From the NCBI RefSeq assembly GCF_000435835.1, contig NZ_FR883429.1: DNA of 64,000 bases; one strand, 5' to 3'. Position 1 is the stretch's first letter, and each line of letters begins with the position of its first letter. Below the pieces are notes generated by a model that was given only the letters and a program-made list of their open reading frames with translations, was not told where the DNA came from and searched no databases. Both the position numbers and the translations under genes were made by a program. Below, one piece after another: positions 28,809-38,954 of this stretch. This DNA comes from Clostridium sp. CAG:221 (GTDB lineage: Bacteria; Bacillota; Clostridia; Clostridiales; Clostridiaceae).

Positions 28809-30386
28809 TTATCTTAATAAAGATAATACGTTTTGTGGTTGTTGATTAGCTTGTGCAAGCATTGCTTGTGCAGCTTGATTTAATATGTTATTCTTAGAGA
28901 ATGTCATCATTTCCTTAGCCATATCAACATCTCTTAATGTAGATTCAGCTGAAGTTAAGTTTTCAGTAGTATTATCTAAGTTAGAAATAGTATATTCTAA
29001 TCTATTTTGAACTGCCCCTAAACCTGCTCTTTCAGTTGAAACTTTTTCTATGGCTGCTTGAATTGTAGCTGTAGCTTCTTGAGAACCTTCTGCTGTTTTT
29101 AAATCAACATTTTTAACTCCTAAAGCTTCAGCTCTCATATCTCCTATTGATATAGATATAGTTTGGTTTGAATTTGCTCCTACTTGGAATGTAGCTTCGA
29201 AGCCTTCATTTTTAGCTCCATCTTGAACATTAACTGTCGAATTAGCACCCTTATCTAATGATTTCACAGTTAAACCAAAACCAGCCTCAAGTTCTATTGT
29301 AGCCCCCTCAAGTTTTCCCTGAGTTTGATTAAAAATAGCTGTAGCTAATTTATCTGCATCATCTACTCCATTAATATCAACACCTATAGCTTTTCCAGAA
29401 TATGCACCTTCTTTAGCATTATAAAATTCTATCTGTGTTTTTCCTATTGTTATACCTTTACCATTTAAATCACCTGTTGGTGCTGCTGTCCCCAATCCTG
29501 TTAAATCTAATTTAATACTAGCTCCTTTTGCTGCATTTGTTACACCTGTATTTGTGATATTATTAATATCCGTATTATTATTTTTTAAGTTAGTTGCATT
29601 ATTATTTGTCTTACCTACTTCAATAGTTCCTTGACTTCCTTCATATTTCCCGCCTTTTATTGCTTCTATTGTTACTTTTTCATTAGATACACTAACTTTA
29701 TATTGATCTTTAAGAGAAGAATTTTTTTCTATTTCTTGTTGAATTTGATCTGCTAACTCTCTAGCAATTTCATTTTTCTCTGTTTGACCATTTGCACCTT
29801 TTTGTGTAACATCTACTTTTATTTCTTGTCCATTTAATTTTATTGTAGCCTTTGTATCTGCAGTCCCACTAGAAACTGTTAACTCTAGCTTAGCTTCTAT
29901 AGTTGTTTCATCAGCACCTGGTACCATATCCTGCATAGCTATACCAACACCTTCTAATTTAGTAGATCCGTCACCTTTTAATAAAGATTGAGTATTGAAT
30001 TCTGTGTTATTACCAATTCTATCGATTTCTTCTGTTAATTGTTCAATTTCTTTTTGGATAGATGCTCTATCTGCAGAAGTGTTTGTATCATTTGAAGATT
30101 GAACTGATAATTCTCTCATTCTTTGAAGAATGTTTTGAGTTTCATTTAAAGCACCTTCAGCAGTTTGGATCATTGAGATACCATCAGAAGCATTTCTTGA
30201 AGCTTGAGTTAACCCTCTGATTTGTCCTCTCATTTTTTCTGATATTGCAAGACCTGCAGCATCATCACCAGCTCTGTTAATTCTTAAACCTGAAGATAAT
30301 TTCTCCATTGATTTACCAGCAGCTGTATTGTTAACGTTCATGTTTCTGTGCGCATTTAACGCATTCATATTGTGATTAATAATCAT
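28809..30386 (-). CDS. fliC: Major flagellin (525 aa)
   Basis: MIINHNMNA..EKLSSGLRINRAGDDAAGLAISEKMRGQIRGL; QANQQPQNVLSLLR; canonical position after fliD. Confidence 0.96.
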   Translation of the reverse strand: MIINHNMNALNAHRNMNVNNTAAGKSMEKLSSGLRINRAGDDAAGLAISEKMRGQIRGLTQASRNASDGISMIQTAEGALNETQNILQRMRELSVQSSNDTNTSADRASIQKEIEQLTEEIDRIGNNTEFNTQSLLKGDGSTKLEGVGIAMQDMVPGADETTIEAKLELTVSSGTADTKATIKLNGQEIKVDVTQKGANGQTEKNEIARELADQIQQEIEKNSSLKDQYKVSVSNEKVTIEAIKGGKYEGSQGTIEVGKTNNNATNLKNNNTDINNITNTGVTNAAKGASIKLDLTGLGTAAPTGDLNGKGITIGKTQIEFYNAKEGAYSGKAIGVDINGVDDADKLATAIFNQTQGKLEGATIELEAGFGLTVKSLDKGANSTVNVQDGAKNEGFEATFQVGANSNQTISISIGDMRAEALGVKNVDLKTAEGSQEATATIQAAIEKVSTERAGLGAVQNRLEYTISNLDNTTENLTSAESTLRDVDMAKEMMTFSKNNILNQAAQAMLAQANQQPQNVLSLLR

Positions 30387-30394
30387 TTCAGTGT

Positions 30395-30430
30395 TCCTCC
30401 TTGATTTTTCCTTTTTGACTTCCTTGTCAA
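30395..30430 (-). promoter_or_regulatory. CsrA-binding leader of fliC
   Basis: UUGAC-AAGGAA-GUCAA hairpin (30415-30430) plus two more AAGGA, the last being the SD. Confidence 0.75.
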
Positions 30431-30476
30431 TTATTTATATATTTTGTAATGTTTAATAACTAACCTTACTCTTATA

Positions 30477-30503
30477 TACTCGACATTTTTTTGATACACT
30501 TTA
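30477..30503 (-). promoter_or_regulatory. Sigma-28 promoter of fliC
   Basis: TAAA-N15-GTCGAGTA. Confidence 0.65.
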
Positions 30504-30523
30504 CACTTTTTATAAAAATTTAT

Positions 30524-30847
30524 TTAAATTTGTTTATTTAAAAAGTATATATCTTCAAATTGTCTTCCATATACTGAATTAGCCATCTTTTGACGCTTTG
30601 TTTGCTCCATTTCTTCTTTAATTTCTATTCTCTGTTTTTTTATTTCTTCTGCTATTTCATTATCTAAAGAATAAATATTAAATTCTTTCTCTAAATTTAT
30701 AGTTTTATCTATAGTCATTCCACTTAATTTATATAATATTTGTTGTCTCTCTTCACTAAGTTTAAAAGCTTCATTTAAGTTGTCTTTTTTAAGTTCATAT
30801 AAAAGTTTTAATGATATTTCTTTATATTCTTTTAATAAAGTTCTCAT
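30524..30847 (-). CDS. FliT-like chaperone / hypothetical flagellar protein
   Basis: Small helical protein (EERQQIL) between fliD and fliC. Confidence 0.6.
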   Translation of the reverse strand: MRTLLKEYKEISLKLLYELKKDNLNEAFKLSEERQQILYKLSGMTIDKTINLEKEFNIYSLDNEIAEEIKKQRIEIKEEMEQTKRQKMANSVYGRQFEDIYFLNKQI

Positions 30848-30858
30848 AAATAACACTC

Positions 30859-32526
30859 CTAACTAGAAAGCATTGAAGTTAAATAATTTGATTGAGAGTT
30901 TAAGTTATTCATCAATGTTTCAAGTCTTGAATATTTTGTATATAGAGCTTGTTGTTTACTTGAAAAAATAGTTTGCATTCTTGATATTTTTTCTTCATAT
31001 TTTATAATTTGTTTACTTAAAGTATTATTAGATGCTGTAGATGATCCAACTATACCAGCTTTTTTAATTAATGAGCCCTTGTTAGTTTGAGTTTCTGTGT
31101 CAAAAACTGATTTTAATTTTTGTAATAAACCTTTATCACTCTCATCTTTATCAGTACCTGTACTTACAAATAGCTTCATTACATCTTCCATATTACTTTC
31201 TAAAGCACTAGTTAACTTGTCTTCATCTATGGTAAATGTTCCATTTTTAGTTCCGTTATAATCTGATACTGGAGTTATTCCAATAGATTTTAATGAGCTT
31301 GAAGTTCCGCCGACTAAACTACTCATGGTACTTTTCATGGCATTTCTTATTCTTGTTAAATCACTATCTCTACTTAATTGACCTTCTTTAACTTTCTTTT
31401 CCCAAAGTTCAATTTCACTTTCGCTCATTTCTTTCTTTTGAGCATCAGTTAATGGCATATAACTTTTATCTCTTTTTTCAGTTATTAATGTATTTAATTT
31501 TTCCATTAACTTATTATAGTCATTAACAAACTTAACAATATTTTCTTTTACTTTTGTAACATCTGCTTTACCAGTTATTTGTATCTCTTCATTTATTATA
31601 TTATTAAATTTAAATGTAACACCATCTAAAGTAATATTGTTAGTTTTATTACCTACAACTTCATATGTTTTTCCATCTTTAGTTATGGTAGCTCTACAAT
31701 CTGTTCCATTGACTATATTTGTTGCACTACTGTCAGCTGGATAAGTTATTTTAAATCCACCACTCTTTTCTTCAACAACATCCATACCAGCCTTTTTCAT
31801 AGCTGATTTTATCTTATCTTCAGAAATTCCATCAGTACAATCAACTTTTACTTCTGTAGCATCTACTTTAAAAGTAAACTCTTTTTTACCTTTATCTGTA
31901 GTTACACCCTTACCAGCTTCAAAATCTTTAACTAATTTTTCAAAGTAATCACTACCTTGATTTTCTGTTTTAGGTGCTTGCGTTGTAAAGCTTATAGTTT
32001 CATCAGAACCAAGCTTAGTAGTAGTAAGAACTATTCCTTTTTCAAAATCACTATATTTAGCTGTAACACCTTTGTCTTTTAATGCTTCATTAATTAATTT
32101 AACTTTTTCAGCATCACTTTTATCATTACCTAATTCAACCTTCACATTATTTATATAAACAGTTCCATTTGCATTACTACTTTCTAATTTAAAAGAAGCT
32201 GCTTTTGCTATACTTTCAACTTTTACTGAATAGTTTGCTGCTTCTGCCCCTGCTCCTCCAGTTACTGTTACTGCTGAACTTGAAGATTCAAAAGTAGTTG
32301 CTGACCAATTTTTTTGTAATATAATACTGTTAGATTTAGATATATCAAAGTAATCATTATAGAAATTTCTACAATCTGTTATTACCTCTCTATACATTTC
32401 TTGTTGAAGTTCAACTACTTTCTTTTGTTGATCTACTGTATCTATTTTTGTTTGATATGCTTGCATTGTTTCTTGAACTAATGAATCTACATCAAGACCT
32501 GTGGCTAACCCTGTTATTCTTGTCAT
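30859..32526 (-). CDS. fliD: Filament cap protein FliD
   Basis: RITGLATGLDVDSLV, FVNDYNKL, YMPLTDAQK, LNSQSNYL. Confidence 0.95.
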   Translation of the reverse strand: MTRITGLATGLDVDSLVQETMQAYQTKIDTVDQQKKVVELQQEMYREVITDCRNFYNDYFDISKSNSIILQKNWSATTFESSSSAVTVTGGAGAEAANYSVKVESIAKAASFKLESSNANGTVYINNVKVELGNDKSDAEKVKLINEALKDKGVTAKYSDFEKGIVLTTTKLGSDETISFTTQAPKTENQGSDYFEKLVKDFEAGKGVTTDKGKKEFTFKVDATEVKVDCTDGISEDKIKSAMKKAGMDVVEEKSGGFKITYPADSSATNIVNGTDCRATITKDGKTYEVVGNKTNNITLDGVTFKFNNIINEEIQITGKADVTKVKENIVKFVNDYNKLMEKLNTLITEKRDKSYMPLTDAQKKEMSESEIELWEKKVKEGQLSRDSDLTRIRNAMKSTMSSLVGGTSSSLKSIGITPVSDYNGTKNGTFTIDEDKLTSALESNMEDVMKLFVSTGTDKDESDKGLLQKLKSVFDTETQTNKGSLIKKAGIVGSSTASNNTLSKQIIKYEEKISRMQTIFSSKQQALYTKYSRLETLMNNLNSQSNYLTSMLSS

Positions 32527-32539
32527 TTGTTAACACCCC

Positions 32540-32920
32540 TTATCTTTGACCTATACTTAACTTATAAGCTTCATTCCATATATTTCTTACTTCTTCTATT
32601 AAAGGTATTACTTCATCCATAATAGCTTCGTCCTTCTTTATATTAGCTTGAAGTAATCTATCATTTATAAATGAATATACATTAAACATTTGCTTTGCCC
32701 AATCTCCTGCATTTGGGTCAAGAGTTACTTTTAACTCTGTAAATATATCTTGTGTTCTTGTTATACTATTATGAGCCATTTTTATATCTTTTTCTTGTAT
32801 TGCAAGCTTTCCTCTCTTAGCAAACTTAACGGCTCCATCTAAAAGCATTAAAAGCATCTGTTCCTTAGATGCAAAATTCACACTATTATTTTTATATACT
32901 CCATATGCATTTGGATGCAT
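32540..32920 (-). CDS. fliS: Flagellin chaperone FliS
   Basis: ASKEQMLLMLLDGAVKF, LLQANIKKD. Confidence 0.93.
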   Translation of the reverse strand: MHPNAYGVYKNNSVNFASKEQMLLMLLDGAVKFAKRGKLAIQEKDIKMAHNSITRTQDIFTELKVTLDPNAGDWAKQMFNVYSFINDRLLQANIKKDEAIMDEVIPLIEEVRNIWNEAYKLSIGQR

Positions 32921-32943
32921 AATTATTCGCCTCCGTATGTTAA

Positions 32944-33162
32944 TTATTTTAATTTTAAATTTTTTAAAATATCTATATTTAAGCTTACAGCTTCTTTGTT
33001 TTCTTTTTCTACTTCTATGTATAGTTCTTTTCTTAATATTTGAACTTCTTTTGGAGCATTTATTGCTAGTTTTACAGTACCATTTTCTATGGCTGCAATA
33101 CTTATTTCAATATTGTCTCCAATTAAAATACTTTCACTTTTTTTTCTTCTAACAACTAGCAT
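32944..33162 (-). CDS. csrA: Carbon storage regulator CsrA
   Basis: [31 protein letters not shown]. Confidence 0.95.
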   Translation of the reverse strand: MLVVRRKKSESILIGDNIEISIAAIENGTVKLAINAPKEVQILRKELYIEVEKENKEAVSLNIDILKNLKLK

Positions 33163-33167
33163 TTATA

Positions 33168-33590
33168 TCACTCCTTAACTAAAGGATGTTTTATTTTATA
33201 TTTTTCTTTATCTATAATTACTTGTTCACCTAAGTTTTCATTAACATTAATAACCACTGGTGCTTTTAAATTAGCAGTAATTTTTTTGATATCACTATTT
33301 AAAGTTACTAAAGAAAATACACTGACATCGCTAGCAAATTTGGCTTTTATTCTTTCTATAGTTTCATTGCTTAATTTAATTTCATAATCACTTTCTACAT
33401 CAAAAGGAGATACAAGTACAAAAGAGATTTTTTCATCTTCAATGGATTGAAGTATTGTAAAGTTACTATTTTCCACTTTTCTTAATATGAAATTATGCAA
33501 TTCATCAAAGCCCAATATAGTTTTTTCAAATTTAATTATTTCATTTTCATCATAAGTTATTTTTCCATGAACAGGTGATATAACCTCCAT
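33168..33590 (-). CDS. fliW: Flagellar assembly factor FliW
   Basis: ILGF..LQSIED..VSPF, TANLKAPVVIN. Confidence 0.93.
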   Translation of the reverse strand: MEVISPVHGKITYDENEIIKFEKTILGFDELHNFILRKVENSNFTILQSIEDEKISFVLVSPFDVESDYEIKLSNETIERIKAKFASDVSVFSLVTLNSDIKKITANLKAPVVINVNENLGEQVIIDKEKYKIKHPLVKE

Positions 33591-33602
33591 AAATTTTCCC
33601 TC

Positions 33603-34643
33603 CTAAATATAATCTACCAGTGATTTTTGAATTATAGATGCACTTACTTGAAGTGATGCTTGATATATAGCTTGAAGAGTTGCTAAATCTATAGTCTTTT
33701 CTGCTATATCAATATCTTCAGTTTTTGAAAGTACATCTTTCATGGTTAAGTTCTGCTCTTCATTTTGAGTTTTAGCTGAATCCATTCTGTTTTGCTTAGC
33801 TCCAACTTCACCTCTTATACTACTTACATTAGATACAAATAAATCCATTTCTTCTAAATTACCTTTTATAACATCACTACTATCTACTTTATCTAAGTTG
33901 TTAACAACATCATTTAATAACTTCATAACGTTATTTCCATTTTTTAAAGTTAATATACTTGGCGTTCCTACGTTATAATTCATGTTTACACCATTAGATA
34001 CTTCAACACTTAAATTAGCATTCATTTGATTTAATAATTTTTCATATTCTGGCTTTGGATTTGGTTCCACTGCTAAATTTCCATTGGCATCTCTTGTAAT
34101 AGTGCCATCGGCATTTTTTATATAGGCTTTTCCTTCTTCATTAAAGGAATTTCCATTGTCATCTTTAAATACTAATATATTGTTTCCATTGCTATCTTTT
34201 TCTACTCCAACAGGTTTAGATAAACTTTTAGTTCCTCCAAAGATGTATTTACCATCATAATTAGTGTTTAAAACTTGTGCTATTTCATTGATTTTTTCAT
34301 TGATTTCTTCTTTAAGAGCATTTTTTTCATCACTACCATAAGAAGCATTTCCTGCTGAAACCATCAGCTCTCTTATTCTTTGTGCTGAATTCCCTATTTG
34401 TTCTAAAGCTACATCAGTGGTATCAAGCCAGTTAATAGTGTCTTTAATATTTTCATTATATTGTTTATTGGCAGATATATCTGAGTACATTTGCATTATT
34501 CTTGCTGTTTTAAAAGGATTATCAGAAGGCTTACTAATTTCTTTTCCTGTAGTTAATTGTTTATTTAAAGTATTTAAATTATTTAAATTTTTATTTAAGT
34601 CTTTTAAATACGTTGTGCTCATCATTTGATTTGTAACTCTCAT
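33603..34643 (-). CDS. flgL: Hook-filament junction protein FlgL
   Basis: MRVTN..TGKEISKPSDNP, KYIFGG, SLVDYI. Confidence 0.95.
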   Translation of the reverse strand: MRVTNQMMSTTYLKDLNKNLNNLNTLNKQLTTGKEISKPSDNPFKTARIMQMYSDISANKQYNENIKDTINWLDTTDVALEQIGNSAQRIRELMVSAGNASYGSDEKNALKEEINEKINEIAQVLNTNYDGKYIFGGTKSLSKPVGVEKDSNGNNILVFKDDNGNSFNEEGKAYIKNADGTITRDANGNLAVEPNPKPEYEKLLNQMNANLSVEVSNGVNMNYNVGTPSILTLKNGNNVMKLLNDVVNNLDKVDSSDVIKGNLEEMDLFVSNVSSIRGEVGAKQNRMDSAKTQNEEQNLTMKDVLSKTEDIDIAEKTIDLATLQAIYQASLQVSASIIQKSLVDYI

Positions 34644-34654
34644 AATTTTTCTCC

Positions 34655-36337
34655 TTAAATTAATCCTAAAATAATATCTAGCATATCACTAACAGTAGTT
34701 ATTGTTTTTGCATTGGCACTATATGCCTTTTGATATTGAATTAAGTTAGTCATTTCTTCATCCAGTGAAACACCTGAAACTGAAAGCCTGTTTAAATCTA
34801 ATGAATTTAATAAATCTTCTTCATTAGAAACAACTCTCTTGGCATGTTGTGCTTCAACTCCTAATTTATCAACTACATCTTGGAAGTATGACTCAACCTT
34901 TGTTCCACTGGCAACATCATTAACTAATGACATAGTGCTACCATTGGTAAACTTACATAATTGAGCCCTTGTTGTAGTGCTATCTATTTTGCTTATAGAT
35001 ATTAATGTGCTTTGTAATTGTGCTATGGCTAAGGCTCTACTTCCATCTCCTTCTCCTGCATCAGCATTTTCTTTAGTATTAATAAGTGAAGGATTTTCTA
35101 AAATTAAAGCATTTATTGAAATATTTTTAGCACTTATACCTGCTTCATCTTTTCCATCAGAAGCTACAAAAAAGTCTAAAGTTTTAGTTGTATCCTTTAT
35201 ATTAGAATCCATTGAACCACTGTGAATAGCATTTACTGATAATGCTAACCCTTTAGCCATTTTATCTAATTGATTCATATAACTTCCAATACTATCTTGA
35301 ACTTCTATAGCTCCAGCTATTTCTCCTGATTTTGGTATGAACTTTTCAATAGGATTTGCTATAGTTCCTCCATCTTTCACTATATTTCCTTGACCATCAA
35401 TCATTTCTCCATTGCCATCTGTAAGTAATATTCTTGTTTTCTTTAAAGTATCTACTTCAGTGGCTGCTAATCCTGATACAGTTATAGTTTTAGGTTTTTC
35501 AGTATCACCATTAACAAAGTAGCTTATTGTATGACTACCATTTCCATTATCTTTAATTTCTGAAATAAATGATAATCTTGTTACTTCACCATTAGGTTCT
35601 GAATTAACTAATGGGTTTAAATTTTCTCCAATTCCAGTAGCAGTAATATCATTACCATTAAATTGAGTTTTATCAACATCTATACCAAATTTACTGCTTA
35701 ATTCATCTAACAGATTATCTCTACTATCCATTAAGTCATTTGGATTATCACCTGTTATACTAGCAATTCTAATTTGATTATTTACTGTTGTTAATTGCTC
35801 TAATATACTATTAACTTCTTTTACACTATTTTTAAGTGATTCTACTGAATTTTCTTGTAATTTTTCAAGTTTTGAATATGTGTTATTTAATAAATCACAT
35901 AAAGTTTTTGTCTTTTGAGTAACAACAACTCTTGTACTGGAACTTGTACTTTGCTTTGATAACTCTTGAAAAGCATCAAAGAAATCTGATAGTGCTGTAG
36001 AAATTCCTGTATCTGAAGGTTCATTAAAAATCCCTTCCACTTGTGATAAGTAATCTAACTTTGTTGAATACTTACCAAGTTCTGCTGTTTCAACTCTAAC
36101 TTGATAGTCTAAAAAAGAATCTCTTACTCTTTCAATGGCTGAAATTTGAGCTCCTGTACCTACTTGCCCTGCTTCTGCTCCTAACGTAATAGGTCTTGAT
36201 GTCTGTATTTTTGCTCTTTGTCTTGAATACCCTACTGTAGATGAATTGGCAATGTTATGAGATGTAACATTGATTCCACTTTGATGTACCGTCAGTCCAC
36301 TTTTTGCTGTGTTAAACGTAGAAAATATACTTGCCAT
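34655..36337 (-). CDS. flgK: Hook-filament junction protein FlgK
   Basis: HNIANSSTVGYSRQ, PNDLMDSRD, SGVSLDEEMTNLIQYQKAY. Confidence 0.96.
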   Translation of the reverse strand: MASIFSTFNTAKSGLTVHQSGINVTSHNIANSSTVGYSRQRAKIQTSRPITLGAEAGQVGTGAQISAIERVRDSFLDYQVRVETAELGKYSTKLDYLSQVEGIFNEPSDTGISTALSDFFDAFQELSKQSTSSSTRVVVTQKTKTLCDLLNNTYSKLEKLQENSVESLKNSVKEVNSILEQLTTVNNQIRIASITGDNPNDLMDSRDNLLDELSSKFGIDVDKTQFNGNDITATGIGENLNPLVNSEPNGEVTRLSFISEIKDNGNGSHTISYFVNGDTEKPKTITVSGLAATEVDTLKKTRILLTDGNGEMIDGQGNIVKDGGTIANPIEKFIPKSGEIAGAIEVQDSIGSYMNQLDKMAKGLALSVNAIHSGSMDSNIKDTTKTLDFFVASDGKDEAGISAKNISINALILENPSLINTKENADAGEGDGSRALAIAQLQSTLISISKIDSTTTRAQLCKFTNGSTMSLVNDVASGTKVESYFQDVVDKLGVEAQHAKRVVSNEEDLLNSLDLNRLSVSGVSLDEEMTNLIQYQKAYSANAKTITTVSDMLDIILGLI

Positions 36338-36357
36338 ATTAAAATTCTCCTTTTATT

Positions 36358-36762
36358 TTATAATCTTCCATAGGAATTATAAGTTCCTTTTTCTCTTTTA
36401 GGATTTATTATATTTAACATTCTATTTGTAAAAACCAATTGTTGTTTTATTAATAAGTCGTTGGTTTCATTTTGATGTTTAATACTTTCTAAAACCATTT
36501 TTATTTCTCTATAAACTCTGTCTAACTCTTTATTTCCGCTTTCATTAATTATATCTTGTACTTTTTTTCCATTAAGAAGCTTTCTTCTTTCAACTTCCTG
36601 CTTAGCTACTTCTCTATTAGCTAGTTTTATTTCATCTACTATTGCATCTAGTTCAAAGGTTTCTTTATTTATGATACTCTTATATTGTTTTTCTAAAATT
36701 ACCAATAGCCCTTTTAATGCTTCTGTTTCTTTTTGAATAATACCTATAAGATTATTTATCAT
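36358..36762 (-). CDS. flgN: Chaperone FlgN
   Basis: Coiled coil, NETNDLLIKQQL, TYNSYG end; between flgM and flgK. Confidence 0.85.
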   Translation of the reverse strand: MINNLIGIIQKETEALKGLLVILEKQYKSIINKETFELDAIVDEIKLANREVAKQEVERRKLLNGKKVQDIINESGNKELDRVYREIKMVLESIKHQNETNDLLIKQQLVFTNRMLNIINPKREKGTYNSYGRL

Positions 36763-36766
36763 TTAT

Positions 36767-37042
36767 TCATCTTCCTTCTTTTATATTATTTAAAATACTT
36801 TGTGCTGTTAATTTAGCATCTACATTATAAGTGCCATTTTGGATTTTTGCTTTAAGCTCTTCTATTTTAGCACTATTATCTATATTAAAATCTACATTAT
36901 CATACATACTTAAGTTTCTTCCCAATTCAGATATTTCAATTTTATCTTTTCCTATATCTGTATTAGTTTCCTTTATTCTTTTAGCTCCATTAGAAGCATA
37001 TATATTTGCAATTCCTTGTGTTCTTATTCCGTTAATATTCAT
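36767..37042 (-). CDS. flgM: Anti-sigma-28 factor FlgM
   Basis: DKIEIS, KIEELKAKIQNGTYNVD. Confidence 0.92.
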   Translation of the reverse strand: MNINGIRTQGIANIYASNGAKRIKETNTDIGKDKIEISELGRNLSMYDNVDFNIDNSAKIEELKAKIQNGTYNVDAKLTAQSILNNIKEGR

Positions 37043-37079
37043 GTCTCTTACCTCCCTTATGAATATTCCCTTTAACTAA

Positions 37080-37106
37080 TTATCGTAGCAGCATTATAAA
37101 AATTTA
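37080..37106 (-). promoter_or_regulatory. Sigma-28 promoter of the flgM operon
   Basis: TAAA-N15-TACGATAA. Confidence 0.7.
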
Positions 37107-37131
37107 TAGTATTTATTATGTTATTTATACA

Positions 37132-37169
37132 AAAAATACTGACTTCTTTATATATGAGCCAGTATTTTT
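37132..37169 (-). terminator. Terminator after the AAA/nuclease gene
   Basis: aaaaatactg / cagtattttt inverted repeat. Confidence 0.6.
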
Positions 37170-37254
37170 AATTTATTACTTTTATTCCCTTTCCGTTTTA
37201 CTATTTTCTTCTACTTAAAATATCATATCTATTTTTATATATCATCAACATACT

Positions 37255-38817
37255 CTATCTTAGCTCTTCAATTTTACAATTATGTTCTTTTGTTTTAGAA
37301 TCATAGCATATAGCTACAGCTAAAATTAAGTGATTATTATTTTCTCTCCTAAATTTTTCTATATACTCTTTTTCTTTTATTTGATTTATTGCCACTTCAG
37401 GAGTTTCATCTTTTTTTAACTCTACTATAAAAGCAGTATCATTTTTTCTTCTTGGATGAAATGTAAAATCAGCATAACCCTTTCCACTTTTTTCTTCCCT
37501 TTCAATTCTATAAGTATCTCTAGCTGCTAAATAAGCCAATGTTAATACACACGATAAGCTGTTTTCATCATTATATTGTAATATTGGTATTTCAGAATTA
37601 TGAATATCATGAAGAATTGATTTTATAGTATCTGTATCACCATTAACTGTTGCTTTTAACATATTTTTAGAATTTTCTATTATTTTTGATACATATCCAA
37701 AGGATTTATCTTCTAAAGCTTTCTCAAACTCCTGCATAAGTTCTTTGTTGGGAATTTTTAAATAACCATCATAATACGATAAAAATCCTAATACTATCAT
37801 TGCTGAATAAATTTCTTTTTTTGTTCTAGGTGCTCTTTGTCCTGCTCTAAATTCTTCATTTATTGTTATATCAATTTCCTCTCCTGAAACCATTTCTATA
37901 ACATCATCACAAATATCTAAAGTATTATATTTAAGATATTCTACTACTTCATCCATAGCTCCAGTATTAGTCCAATAACTTTCACAATAATTATTTTTAA
38001 GTGCTTTTACTACAGAACGTGGATTGTAAATTCTTATGCCTGTAGCTGTTAAATAACCATTATACCAAGCTTCAACTTCTTCAAATCTTAGCTTTCCATT
38101 TTTATTACAAAGCTCTAGTGTTTCATATTCTGTAAAACCAAAATACTCACCAAAGCTTCTGTCCTTCAAAAATGTATATTCATCAAACATATTAAGTGCT
38201 GAGCCACTTGAATATTTTTTTATTGGTAATACTCCTGTCATATAACAAAGAGATACATAGGGCTGATCCTTTAATAAATTTCTCAAAAACTCTAAAAAAT
38301 CATTTTGATTTTCTACAAACATATTATTATTAAAAATATAATCCCATTCATCAAAGATAAAAATAAATTTTTCTTGTGTATCCATAAGCATGGAACTTAT
38401 ATTAAAATATTTATCTTCTTTAATATGAGTATATTTTTCTGTTATATCTCTAATAAGTTGTGTTCTAATCATATTTATATAGTCATCATAACTCTTCATG
38501 TTATCAGGTATTTCATTAAATGATATACTTATAACATTGTATTTATTAAGATTTTCCATATAACTTTCACTACTACTTATTTTAAGATTATCAAAAATTT
38601 CTTTTGACTTTACGGCTTTTGAATAATAAGCTCCAATCATACTTGCTATTGAAGATTTTCCAAACCTTCTTGGTCTTGTTATACATACATACTTATCAGA
38701 GGTATTTAATAATTCATTTAAACTATCTATAATTAAAGATTTATCTATAAAATATTTACTTCTATATAAATTTTTATAGTTTTCTAAAAGTACATTAGTG
38801 TTTAAATAATTTGACAT
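37255..38817 (-). CDS. AAA-ATPase-like protein with C-terminal PD-(D/E)XK nuclease-like domain
   Basis: FIDKS, RPRRFGKS Walker A, IFDEWD Walker B, WYNGY/IYNP; C-terminal GYADF..IVELK..AINQIKEKEY. Confidence 0.88.
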   Translation of the reverse strand: MSNYLNTNVLLENYKNLYRSKYFIDKSLIIDSLNELLNTSDKYVCITRPRRFGKSSIASMIGAYYSKAVKSKEIFDNLKISSSESYMENLNKYNVISISFNEIPDNMKSYDDYINMIRTQLIRDITEKYTHIKEDKYFNISSMLMDTQEKFIFIFDEWDYIFNNNMFVENQNDFLEFLRNLLKDQPYVSLCYMTGVLPIKKYSSGSALNMFDEYTFLKDRSFGEYFGFTEYETLELCNKNGKLRFEEVEAWYNGYLTATGIRIYNPRSVVKALKNNYCESYWTNTGAMDEVVEYLKYNTLDICDDVIEMVSGEEIDITINEEFRAGQRAPRTKKEIYSAMIVLGFLSYYDGYLKIPNKELMQEFEKALEDKSFGYVSKIIENSKNMLKATVNGDTDTIKSILHDIHNSEIPILQYNDENSLSCVLTLAYLAARDTYRIEREEKSGKGYADFTFHPRRKNDTAFIVELKKDETPEVAINQIKEKEYIEKFRRENNNHLILAVAICYDSKTKEHNCKIEELR

Positions 38818-38905
38818 TTATATCACCTCACATCTAAATAATATTAACTTCATTATTAAATTATAAATATTATAACATACCTTAATATTTTTATATAATA
38901 CAAAT

Positions 38906-38942
38906 AAGACAGCATATAATCATAAGATTTATATACTGTCTT
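38906..38942 (-). terminator. Probable terminator after fliY
   Basis: aagacagcatataa / ttatatactgtctt. Confidence 0.55.
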
Positions 38943-38954
38943 TCTTATTTTTAC

